Positions 1-12,300 of a stretch of 64,000 nt of DNA are shown here, piece after piece; the first letter of the stretch is position 1; each line of letters opens with the position of its first letter. The stretch spans positions 6,634,001 to 6,698,000 of the forward strand of contig NC_043000.1 of assembly GCF_006345805.1 (NCBI RefSeq), written 5' to 3'. A program made the translations under genes and the position numbers. The stretch comes from Octopus sinensis. Its lineage: Eukaryota. The notes under the pieces were generated by a model. The model saw only the letters and a list, made by a program, of their open reading frames with translations. It made no database searches and was not told the DNA's origin.

Positions 1-329
1 CTATAGACATTACCTATCTCTCTCACTTCATTTCCCAACACCTGCCTCCCAAAACACACATAACTCATGCAAACTCCCACCCACACCTAGTTTCTCACCC
101 CCACTCACTTCTACTTACCTTATGTGCCACTTGGACACTGCATCACCGTTATTTATCTCTTTGCAGCAACTACTAATTCATTTCTCCCTCTCTCCTAAAT
201 GTAGGTAGCCATGTAGCTCCCCCTACAACAAGAATTTACTCTGCTCCCACCCCACCCCCTTCTCTTGTATCTTAACCCTCATCTGCTAGCATAAAACTCC
301 TCCCTTCAAGTTTCACAGGCCTGCAAACT

Positions 330-525
330 GCAGATCCAGCTCAGTAGCAGCATGAGAAAAACTGGCCAGCACATGCTGTAAAGTGGATGGCATTAAGAAG
401 GGCACCCAGTCATAGAAACCCTGATAAAGCAGATACTGGAGCCTGGTGCAATCCATGGACCCATTGGATCCTATCAAACAGTGCAATCCATACCAGCATG
501 GGTATGGACATTAAATGATGATGAT
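330..525 (+). mobile_element. RTE-tail SINE / truncated RTE 3' end
   Basis: ...aagaagggcacccag...ccataccagcatgg...ttaaatgatgatga; same tail motif as the RTE at 13029-13200. Confidence 0.65.
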
Positions 526-849
526 AAAGCTACAGGTAAACATTTAAGTATACTATGACTTGTACAATATGTCACTATACTTACAGCACTCAGCAGTTCC
601 TGACAAACTTAACAAACCTATTTTACTTGGTGACTGATATTGAAATCACAACTGCTTTGCAAGAATGACTTGAACTAGAAGCTGCATAGCAGTTAATAAC
701 CATGTGATATTAGATCTCAGTTGAACTTTTAGTACAATGTTTTCACCTTCAGTAACAATGCTGTCCTCAACCATGCAGTCATGTAAGTAGGCTATTCAAA
801 TTCTTGTTCTACTACAAAGTGCCATAATCTTAATTAAACTTTGCATCTG

Positions 850-2060
850 CATTATAACAATGTCCTTTTATCACAGTATGTGATATCACTCCAAAGATAT
901 AGTTGCTCAGGTACTCCATTATATAATTGAACAGAATGTTTTTATCATTGCAGGTATCAGTGCATTCACAAGATATTTTCCCATCAAATATGTTGATAAT
1001 TCCTTATTTGTAGAATCAACATCATCATTGGGAGATAATATTGCTCATACTGATATTTGAAAGATCCAATGGGCTTCCAAATCTTCATTTATCATTTCAC
1101 ATTCATCCAATACAATTTCAATGCCATTTGGAAGCACAATCTTGTCATCAATATCGAGTTGTTTCATTTATTTCAAACACAAAGTCGGCTCAATCATTCT
1201 CCTCTCAATTCTGTCATCTCACAGTCACAAGTTTCAGTGTCATCACTCTTCTGAAATGAAGAATGGGTTCTAATTATGTTCACAATAGCAGCTGAGCCAG
1301 TTTTCTATAAGTTAGGAAATGTCTGACGAAAATCCCTTAGAAACATGACACCATGATTTTGCCATGATCAAAAAATAAACTATTTTGTAAACGACCATGA
1401 AATGCACAATCAACAGCTTCATACACATACCTCAACATCTCTGATGCTTCATTCACACAGGTGAAATCAGTCTCGAATTATTTTTGCCAGTTTGTTGTGA
1501 ACATCAATACTGCAAACAGAATCCCTGTCAATGGAAATTGGAATATGGAAAGTTGTATAACCACTTTGGTAGAACAATGCAGCCAGTTCCTTGTAGATTC
1601 AACAGCGACAACTAGAGGCCTCCTCACATGTTCAAGTGAAATATATCTTTCTGGAACTGCCAGGAACATCAATAAAGAAATGAATCTGGGTTGTTACTCT
1701 CTAAGAGATTAAGGTGTCAAAAGCATGTCAGTGTTGTTGCTTTAATATTTCTTCCCAGCAGTTTGTTCCAATCCAATGCAGATTGTTGCCATCAATGTAT
1801 GGAAGTGATTCAAGACATTCTGATGCTTTGAGTGCAGATAACTCAGAGATGAGCAGAAAGGAAGTTCTATCAGGGAGTTTGCAAATCAGTGATAACTTTC
1901 TTCTCAAGCAGTTCAGTCATCATCATCATCATCATCAACGGGATGCTAAAGTCAACGATCTTCTTGTGGCTTGGAAAGAATCTCAACTGATCTGAGATTT
2001 TACATGAAAGACACAATGAGGCCCATCTTTAAAGCTGCTTCCTTGTAAGTTTATGGCATT
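850..2060 (-). pseudogene. Highly degenerate hAT (Buster/GTF2IRD2-like) transposase remnant
   Basis: Minus-strand fragments FLA...HL...LNLQG resemble the hAT LAFLxDIxxHLNxLNLxLQG motif; there are many stops and frameshifts. The recognition is weak. Confidence 0.35.
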
Positions 2061-2920
2061 CCTGTCCTCCAGTTTTCAGCAGATGATATCTTTTAGAATC
2101 TCATGAAGTAACAAAATATAGTCTTCCAATTGACAAACCACATTTTATATTTGTGCAAGAGTGTCTTCATTAGTATATAGTAAATGCTTTTGTACATGAC
2201 CACTTTTACCTATTTATCTCATATATGAATTTTATTAAAGCAATAAAAGTATTATTTGTCATGGAATCTTTTAGAAAGTACATGAGAGTATATCATGACA
2301 TTTGTACAAATGACCAGCCTTCCTCAGCTGTAGTCTTTATGTATTCACTCAACATACTAGAAATAGCAGCTGATTTCCCTCACTCACACCCTATTGTCTT
2401 ACCCCTTTGTCTGCCCAAAGCATTTCATAAGTTTGTCCTAAACACCCATACTTGTTTTCAGACTTTTAGTTAACTTTTATTTCACACATTCCAAGAAATA
2501 TAAAGCCTTCTTTTCCTAAGACCCAAGTTACTCTAGTGGTTAAAAAAAAATCTAGGAGCGAGTCTCATATCCAATGCACAGATACCAGGGAAATATGTCT
2601 TGTGCGTCACATGTGATACGCAAGGCAGGCAAAGGATTACAAAAGAAAATGAGGACTAATAAATGTAGTCCTAATATCATAAAAGCAATGGTCAAACTGG
2701 AATGCCTTTCATTGTCATGTCTGTTCAAGCAAGATAAACCTCAACTAAACAGTGCAAGTGAAATAAAAAAAATTTTTTTAAGTATTTGCCATTTGACTTC
2801 TTCAAAATATCCACTTGTCCCACTTCATTGAGCAAGGATGGAAGGGATGAAATCCTGGTCACGATCAGAAAAGATTTGTCATGTTATTTTAGTAACAGAT
2901 ACAAAAATATAACCGCTTAC

Positions 2921-3027
2921 CAATGCTTCTTGGCTTTCTATTTCACCATCAGGAGCGAACATTGTCTGTACCATAAATTTGTGTTTATTTTTCTCTGAAG
3001 GATCATAATCAAATGGCTGCAGCATAA
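2921..3027 (-). CDS. VAP: VAP coding exon 3 (MSP domain C-terminal part)
   Basis: aataaatttcag|TT ATG CTG CAG CCA...GCA TTG|gtaagc, 107 nt. Translates (V)[35 protein letters not shown], with FFAT-binding K87/M89 positions retained. Exon 4 was not found in 1-2920, so it lies beyond the window start. Confidence 0.96.
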
Positions 3028-3172
3028 CTGAAATTTATTTTGAAAATTAAATTTGATTTTAAAACTAACTAACAACAAATAAACATAAAATACATATTAT
3101 TAGTACTTAAATCTTCTAGACAAACAGTTTTACATTAGATTATCAAATAAGTTACAATTGAAATAAATTTAC

Positions 3173-3325
3173 CTGCAACAGTCATTTGTTCTTTAGGTTT
3201 GATAAGGCCACTGTTGGGCCGTACACAGTAACGTTTTGGTGCAGTGGTTTTCACTTTGAAGCATACTGCACGGCATGTGGGATTGATTAATTTTAAATTT
3301 GCTGTCACAACGTCTGTAAAAGGAC
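3173..3325 (-). CDS. VAP: VAP coding exon 2 (MSP domain core)
   Basis: ttatctttcag|GT CCT...GCA G|gtaaat, 153 nt, phase 1 to phase 1. Translates (G)[50 protein letters not shown]. Contains the VAP signature [18 protein letters not shown], with T46 and P56 at the VAPB numbering. Confidence 0.97.
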
Positions 3326-4589
3326 CTGAAAGATAATGAAAGATAGGCTTAGTGAACGGTTTCGAAAACTGCTATTACTGAAAAACAAAGGATTATGATG
3401 TTATGAAAAACAAAGGAGTTACGTATTTAAAATATGAAGTATAGCATACTTGGCAAAAGGAGAAACTGAAAATGAAGGTTTGCACATGTTCTATCACATG
3501 AGGATCAGAGTCATGAAGTGCTCTGGACTGTAAAGCAGTGTATAAGTGAAACAAGACATTGTTGGGAAGAAATGTATATGGAATGATAGTGGTGCACATA
3601 CCACCCATCCCACTAACACTGAAAAGAAAGAGGTATGGAAATGAATGGAGAGAAAGCATGAGAAATACAGGATCTAACCTACACAGATTGAACAGAAAGA
3701 CCAGCCACTGAAGAAATAAAAGCTGTCAAGTCAACTAAACCCTTAGCAACAGTAGCTGAAATGAAGTAGACCACACATTTGTCACTCGGTTAAACTGTTA
3801 TACAAAATGACTGGCAGAGTGATATCATCAAGAGGAAAAGAGATGTTCCAAAGAGACAACGACAGAAGCATCAAACTGTTATGAAGATTACTGAAGGTAT
3901 TCTAGTACAATTGATAAAGAAGAACATAAATCTAGATGAGATGCATTTCAGGCTACTACCAATGCCTTCTTCCTCCTGAGACAACTACAGAAGTCCTTAA
4001 CAGTAAGCTGCTCCATCAAATGGAGAATGCCTTTCATAGAGTACCATGCACTCAGTGGAGATGAAGGGCTTGTGGGGACTGGGTAAGCCATGAAAAGAGA
4101 TGCTGTTAGCAAAGTGAGACTTGGTAATGTGTTCAGCATGAAGGTAGGTATAAACCAGAGCTCAATTCGCAACTCCCTCCTTTATATCACTGTTCTCCAA
4201 AGACATAGTTATCGTAACTGAATTTGTCTAAATTTATAGAAGAAATTCCAAACTTAGAAACAAAAATTAGAATTCAGAAACCTCAAAATAAACCTACAAT
4301 CGCCATCATAGAAATGCCCAGACAGAAAAGGAGCAAGTTCCATACAACTAAAAGACAATCTGTCATTATTATTAAATATTTTCTCAAACAATCTATCACC
4401 TATTTTTTTCATTATTTGCACAATTAACAAAGTTGTTGATTTCAAAAATGCTCATGTTTTTCTTTCTTTCTATCTCAATATTTAAATTTACCTCAGAATA
4501 TGAAACTCTTAGTAATTTTAGAATAACTCAGTTATAAACCATCACTTTCATATCTACTTTACCTAAATGTACTTTTTGTCTGATCCATG

Positions 4590-4990
4590 TAAACATGGTA
4601 GAGTTTTCTGCAACCAGTTGCCCTTCTGGTCACCAACCCCTGTCTGTTTGCAAGCAAGATAATAATAATCCAATCTACTGAACAAACAGCCTGGATATGT
4701 TAACAGAGAACTGGAAACAAACACATTATGAATGAGCCTTTTTATTTACAAAGACTGTGCAAGGCCTGTCAAGATGCCAGGATTTTGCAAGCAAATGGCA
4801 TCAGACATTGTGAACAACCAGTCTTCAAACAAGCGAAATACAAACACACACACGACAGGCTTCTTTCAGTTTCTGTCCACCAAATCCACTCACAAGGTTT
4901 TGGTTGGCCTAGAGTTATAGTAGGAAACACTTACTCAACTGGGACTAAACCTAAAATCACGTGATTGAGAAGCTTCTTAACCACACAGCT
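4590..4990 (-). mobile_element. tRNA-derived SINE, degenerate
   Basis: Contains caggcttctttcagtttc...aaatccactcacaagg...accacacagctatgcc, the reverse complement of the SINE seen intact at 55169-55505. Confidence 0.7.
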
Positions 4991-5403
4991 ATGCCAGCAC
5001 ATAATAGCTATCATAAAATAATAAATTAGCTGTAACAGCTTATGTAAAAAGAGCGTGTTGCAGTCGAGTATTAAAAATGCAGCAATTTCCAGGATGTCAA
5101 AAAGAAATACACAACAGTAGATTTGTGTAACATAAATAGTTATAAGTTATTAATTGTAACTTCTATATTCACATTTGAATGAATTACAAATCAAAAGGGT
5201 TTTTTGCCCTTGTATTTTGCAACAGAACAAAAGAGCAAATTTTATAAAATATGATTCTCATCAAATGCTAAGACACTTTGGTCAAAAGAAACTGAAAATT
5301 TCAATATAGGTCACTGGTTCACAGATAATACAACTTGGCATACTACTATGCCAAAAGATGTAGCTAAATGAAATTATATTTTTATGAAAAAAAAAAAAAA
5401 AAC

Positions 5404-5660
5404 GAAAAATACAGATTAAAATTTGAAAGTATAATATGAAATACAGCTATGTTGCAACCCAGGGAAGGTGAGGGATGGCTTTGCACCTAATTCATTTAGT
5501 CAAATGACTGTCTTCTTTCCTAAGGTATTTTTCAATTTCCTATACAACAGTGCCAACATATTTTAATTTGCTCTTACGTGCAACTCCAGTGATAAAAGTT
5601 GAGAAACCACTAATATAGGTTGTGTCTACAGGGAACTTCCTATTTGCATTAAAGTAGCAA
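5404..5660. repeat. Unclassified ~255-bp dispersed repeat, copy 1
   Basis: Aligns end to end with 6818-7080 (shared tataatatgaaataca...tgcacctaattcattta...tatacaacagtgccaacatatttt...ggaacttcctatttgcatt). Confidence 0.8.
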
Positions 5661-6659
5661 AATAAGAAAAAAATAAAATAAGGGATATCAGCATCATGTA
5701 CACTCAAGCAATGATACACATGAAATATTAACATTCAAAAACATTCACAACACACACACACACTACCAGCAGTTTCCATCAAGCAAATTCCCTAATTACA
5801 CTGGTCAACTCAGGTTCTAGCAGAACACACTAGAGACAATTCAAATCTAATACCATCATTAAAAATATTTCGTTAACATATTAACCTAGTGTTGTTGAAA
5901 ATAAGACATTTAAGCACTGCTTTATATACAGGGCCATATGGAAGTGAAAGTATTCGCTTTATTAAAAGTGGATTCCAAGACACAAACATTGACATTTTCT
6001 TCCTACAAAACAAAACTATTAAAGAATGAATGTAAAACAGTGAACAGCAGATTTCTGACTAGAAATAAATTAAGTGTGACAATAACACCAAATATCTTAA
6101 TTAAATTCTTAATAAACATAAGCAAAGCACAGCTATTCAGGGGTAGTGAGTATTAATGCAAGAAAATTATAATGATTAAAAACAAATACATAAACAGATT
6201 TCCTGCCAAATTATGGAATATGACTATGTTGGTTGTGGAGGAGAGTGAGGAGTCTAAGAGCTGCATCATAAGGGTGGACATATATGGAGGTGTACCAAGA
6301 TAGTTTGTCGCAAAACACTTTTTTACTATAAAGAAAACTGTTTCTTGTGCAAATCAAGCTCAAGTATAATTAATTGGGTGTATACTTGGTGAGCATTAAA
6401 ATAACACATCAAAAAACAATTTCATGTTTTTGACCTGGAAAACACCTATTTTTTGACAAAGTAAATATTTTTACAGGGACTTGGAATTGAGGCAGGGCTT
6501 GCATTTCTAACTTACACTTTTTCTAATTATAAAAAAAAGTGAAACTCATTACAAATAACATATATAAAACTAAGACTATTTGAAATTTTTCAGAAAAGGA
6601 AACACTACATGTCTACAACTCACTCTGCTTTCATGTGTGTGTGTGTGTGTGTGTGTTCT

Positions 6660-7270
6660 ATTCTTTTTACTCGGTTCAGTCATTTGACTGTGGCCATGCT
6701 GAAGCACCACCTTAAGTCGAACAAACTGACCCCAGGACTTATTTGTAAACCTAGTACTTATTTTATCAGTCTTTTTTTATGAACTTCTAAGTCACGGGTA
6801 CATAAACACACCAACATGAAAAGTACAACTTAAGATTTGAAAATATAATATGAAATACAACAATGTTGCAACTCAGAAAAGGGGAGGGGGGTTGCACCTA
6901 ATTCATTTACAGTCATATGAATAAATGTCTTCTTTTCTCGGATATTTTTTTTCACTTTTTATACAACAGTGCCAACATATTTTGATTTGCTCTTAAGTGT
7001 AACTCCTATCATAAAAGTTTAGAAACCACTTAATATAGGCTGAGCCTACAAGGAACTTCCTATTTGCATTGAAGTTGCAATGCAAAGGGGAGGACAAACA
7101 GACACAAAGATGCACACACAACAGGCTTCTTTCAGTTTCCATCTACTAAATCCACTGACAAGGCTTTGGTTGGCCGGAGGCTAAAGTAGAAGACACTTGC
7201 TCAAGGTGCCACGAAGTGGGACTTCAACTGGAAACCATGTGGTTGGGAAGCCAGCTTCTTACCATACAGC
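6660..7270 (-). mobile_element. tRNA-derived SINE interrupted by the ~260-bp repeat (6818-7080)
   Basis: The SINE head (7086-7270) and SINE tail (6660-6817) are colinear with the intact copy at 55169-55505 but separated by copy 2 of the 5404-5660 repeat. Confidence 0.7.
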
Positions 7271-7479
7271 CACACCTGCACACACACACACACACACATA
7301 TATTATACACATATGCATATAGACATAAATACACACTTATAAACATAAATACAAACACACATACATACATATGTAGGGATAGACATACTTCAAGATGCGT
7401 GTCACACTGCTAAACCAGGAATCTTTGTCTCTCATTAGCTTTGAAAGATTTTCAGTTTTATGTCATGTATCTACCAATA

Positions 7480-8350
7480 ACATCAACATAGTTGAATGAT
7501 ATTAGGGTGCAAAATCTCCAAAATATGCCCTGTTGTTCAGCAAGATAGCAATGGCCAGCAAAGCTTACTTTGCACTGGGCAAGAATGAGTGGAATGTGCC
7601 CACAAATCTCTGTTTTGTGTTCATGCTACAAGAGGTTTTGAGCCCTATCAGAAGCCCAGTGTATGTACCATTAAAATGAACTTGATGCTTCATCATAATC
7701 CAGGAGTCAGCTCCATAAAGAATGCTCTCTAAACATGCTCTGAAGAGGGCAAGTCTCACTGAGTTGAAAATACTTGACAGAAACATGTTGTGAAATTTGT
7801 TACAAGCACTCTAGAATAGACTTTGGTATATAATGAAGCCTTTCTTACTATCAAAATCAGAGGATCCCAGATTCTTAACATCACTGCCATATCTGAATTG
7901 TGTACCATGTTGGAACAAATTGGAAAATGATTTTCACTGATGGTCATGTCTAGTTTTCTTGGCACTGAGAAACAAACAAGCTTTCACAGCAACATACCCA
8001 TGCATCACATAGTTGAGGAGTTGTGAGGGAAAGACCATTAGCATAGTCAAGCATTTTTGGACTTCTCCAAGGTATTTGATGTCAACAGAAAGGTGATGCT
8101 ACAAACCATGCTAAACTAAAGTATCTCTTAGAGATTGTCAAAGAATCACCATCATCTAATAAAAAACCTATCAAGCATTGCACAAAGCACAGACTGTCCA
8201 ATTAAAGAGTTTCAAACAAAAGCAGGAATCTTTCAGGAACACCTTTTCTCTTTATAGTGGTAGTGGACTACATCTTTAGGCAAAGTCATTACCCCAGCCA
8301 AGACAAAAGCTTCCCCACCAAGAAAAAGCAATCAAGAAGTCAGTAGAGTG
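7480..8350. pseudogene. Old RTE/RTEX-like LINE remnant in two opposite orientations
   Basis: Plus 8040-8350: AFLDFSKVFD...AGIFQ..PFLFIVVVDYIFR...DLRY (RT core). Minus 7480-8020: L(N)AKKT...LFRACLESILYGADSW...GTYTGLL...SFAGHCY (downstream of RT). Confidence 0.6.
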
Positions 8351-9167
8351 TGTATTTCTCTGATCTTCGTTATATGGCTTTAACAGTCACTTTTTCATGC
8401 TTACACAGGTGAGATGAAATTCATTTAAGTAGATTTTCTGCCCTTCCTGTCACCAACCCTCATCTGTTTCTAAGCAAGATAACATTTCCCAATGGCCCAA
8501 CAGGTTTTCATAGACGACTAGAAATGAAAATAATGCTTGTGTGATAGTGACACTTGTTTACAACTATCATGCAATGTCAAGACAAGATGATGTGTGTCCA
8601 TGCACACACTTCCTCAAAATGCTACACAATGCAGCTGAACCCAATTTTTTTATCATATGGTTCAGTGGCTCTCTTTATCAAAGGAAGCCATGAATTTAAC
8701 TCCTTTTAGGGATGATCATTTTCAAGGGATTTTGTTAGTGATATTCACATATGAACCAAAGTAGCTAAATTCTGGGCAGTAAACTCCAAAGATTTTTTCT
8801 ATGGTATAACATATGAAACGAAATAACTTTCAGCAGGAGTGAATCACTGTCATTTTGGTGACACGTGCTCACCCATGATTTCATAAAATAATAGTTGGGA
8901 AAACCTTCAATTAAATAGAGAAGCTTTTTAGTGTTTTAACTTCAAAACAATATAAAACTTTCCCTCATCTTTAATTCTATTTGAATCCAATCCAAAGTAT
9001 TGTCAATAAAAATTAAATTATTCTTACTATACAAGTCTATATCAAATAATGGGCATCAATTTATTAATTACCAATTTCAGGTTACTTCTCTTAAAATACT
9101 GTCATTCTTGATAGCATGAATAAACGCGTGTGTGTGTGTGCATGCGTATGCGTGCACGTGTGCAGTT

Positions 9168-9292
9168 TCAGGCATAGCTGTGTGGTTAAGAAGTTATTTC
9201 CGATAGGTTTTGAGTTCAGCCCTCATGGCATCACAGGCAAGTGTCATTTACTATAGCCCCAGGCCGATATGATCAATAGAAACTGAAAGAAG

Positions 9293-9325
<33 letters not shown>
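9168..9325 (+). mobile_element. tRNA-derived SINE head plus (TG)n
   Basis: ggcatagctgtgtggttaagaag...gagttcagccc...ggcaagtgtc...aactgaaagaagc followed by (TG)n. Confidence 0.6.
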
Positions 9326-9326
<1 letters not shown>

Positions 9327-12300
9327 ACATCTAGATATATGTATTGTTTATATATGGCCAAAGGCATATGCTTACTTAATACTCATGCTTCACAAACCAA
9401 TGAGATGGAAGGATCTCTTACTAGTGTGGATCAAAGCAAAAACAATTACTGTTGATTCAGGGAGTAAAGCAACTTGAGAAAGATGGTCCTAATATCAACA
9501 AGATAAAGCTTGTAGAATTTAAAAGCAGCAAGGTTTGGCAAAGCTGCCAATTTAGACAAAGTCAGTGCTGAGTTTTAGGAGACTGTGACAGATAATTTCT
9601 TATTCTTAGATGTCTTCAATTATCCCTCTGTGTGTGTGTGTGTGTGCGTATGTAAGCAAGCATACACACACACATACCTATATATATATTTACATACATA
9701 TACGTACTCATACACGTGTGTATACTCTCACAGACAATGTATTTATGGATCAGTTTATCTATCTTTCTGGTGTCTTATTTTCTGTAGTAAAAAAAAATGC
9801 TTAAGAGGACCTTACATCACACAGGAGAGGAACCAGATTATTTGCACTTTAAGGATAAGCTGATGCTGCAGGGGATTGGAGGAGAAACCATTCTTGATGT
9901 CTAATTCTGCGATGCCCACATCAATAAGAACAGGCTTGGCATTTGGGCTTCCTACTCAAAGGTTTGGATTGCCAGGAATTTATTTACTGCAATTATTCAT
10001 TTACATTTACAGTAAACAATTTTTTTACAGTGTTTACCTCCATTTCAAAAGAATACCTTTAAGAAAAATCTTTGAAAGAGAAGCGTTTTTTTGGTATGAA
10101 CTGCTCCAGCACACTGTCTTAATTTCATGATTTTCTGTCTCCCAATAACACTTATTTGCCACAAGCCATGAATTGGCAAGCAAGCAAAATTTTTTTTTAA
10201 GTTACACAAGCATCTATTAAGGACTTGTTTTAAAGTGTGGAGAGAGGATGTCTGTTGTAACACCAATACAGAAATTAGGGTTGTCATGAATTTAATCAAA
10301 TCATTAATTTTATTTAAAAGTTAATTATTTGTTTTACATATTTATGCTATTTTTCATGTACTAACATTAGCATTAATCAACATTTTACATGTACTTTTCC
10401 AATTTGGCCTGGGTTGGAGTTTTTCTGCAGTGGTGCTTTACAACCAGTTGCTTTTCTATCACCAACAGTTTTAGTCGCCTCTTGTAACATGTAGGGACAT
10501 GCAGCACCTATTCTAAAACCAGCATACAAATAGTAATAAAAGTTCACTTTAATATTCAATGACATTTACATCTTCCTGGAAGAGAAAGAGAGATTTTCGA
10601 AATGATCTAAGGATTTTACGATTACTAATTTTTTACTTTACTTATTATCTTACTTGTACCTATCACATGATGAGTAATTTCAAAAGTACACTTTTATCAC
10701 CACAGGTAATATCAGGAAATATGGTATAAATACAACTATAATTTATCAAATTTCTTGGTATTTGTATAATGAAATACAAATTTTCAAAAGAAAAATATTA
10801 CCTAAAAATTACATAAAACAATCTTTCATTTATATTGTCCTTTACTCCTTCTCTTCCTACCTCTGAGTTTTTCTTTCACTGTGCATAGCAGTCATTTACA
10901 CATTGCCTATCACCAAGGCTGTATAAGCCTCATCCAGTACCTCATGCTATCTCTTACTCTTTCTCCCTCTCTCCCTATACAATGTAAAGCATGACAAGAG
11001 GAACCAATCAACAAACCAACATTTATATCAGCTTCTCTTATACAAAGATTGCAAAAGGCTATGCAGGGCTGTGGAGTCAGTACACAAATACTTCAACTCC
11101 TACTCTTCAACTCAGGGTACCACCAATTCCTCTATTTGCATTTAGCTCATATTTTTGTATTGATTAAGAACAAACATGTGGTCAGGCAACTTTATAGAAC
11201 TCTAACCTATTCGAGTTTGGGTTTAAAGGTTATTGCCCTGCAGCTGTGGCTTTATTTATTAAAGTAAGAGTGTTTAAGCAAAAGACAACACCAACAAAAT
11301 TAAAAGTAAGAGTGTTTTATCAAAAGGCTACATTGTAAAACGATATGAAAAACTATAGAATATTAAAAGAAATCAGAAATATTTGTTTAGCAGTTGAAAA
11401 ATGAATATCAAAAGCAACTTAACCATTTTAAAATAAATAAACTCAGGTACATAACGTTTTGCTTTTGATTAATACATTGTCTGAATATAAAATTAAAGTA
11501 TATGTAATATGAAAGATTATATTAAATGAAATAAAAATTATATTGTAAAAGTGTAAAATTTATCCCTTCAAAATATATTAAATTGAAAATTTACTACATT
11601 ATATTACATTTTGCCAACTGCAATTGTTGGCAGAGAAATGTAGAAGGTAGCTGGAGTATGTAACATTGTAATTAAGTTTAAGTTACTTTGGAGCAACATC
11701 ATGGCAACAGTGGTCTATATATGCACAACATTCAAGATTCTTTCCAATAATTGATAGCAACTTTATCATAACTAGTACTAATGAACTTGTTTGTTAACAC
11801 CATGATGGTTACTCTGGCATACACAGGCACTATATATATGTTATGAGGAATTAGGAGAGATGAAAGCTCTTGGAGTTTATAACCTAATCATTTTCAGCAC
11901 TAAATTCAGGAAAGTTGTGAGCAACATCACCTACCAATCAGACATGTACACCAAAGAGACTTCATTTTCATCAGGAAATAAGGTAGGCAACTGGTGGCAA
12001 ATAAGTCCTTTTCCAGTAAGGAATATACCATTAGTGATAAAGAACTAGAGAGAGTTTCAAGACAATCTGAAGATGGCAGCTATAAATAATGAAAGATATC
12101 TCTGCCAGATGTAAGTTCAGAGGAAGTTTTAGGTGACACCTGGCCAAGAAGAAAGCATAGATAGAGATCTATAACACAGCAGGCTATTGGATATTTCTAT
12201 GAGACAACCTGACTAAACCTGTGGTTGATGCAAGGCACCAACTACACAGAAAATGAGATGGTAGTGGAATGGTACACCTGATAGGACAATGAGACAGACC

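Noticed and set aside
3233-3236. K50 (AAA) as an A-to-I recoding site restoring the vertebrate Arg
   Set aside because: Lys here is, to my recollection, common in protostome VAPs, and editing cannot be inferred from DNA alone.
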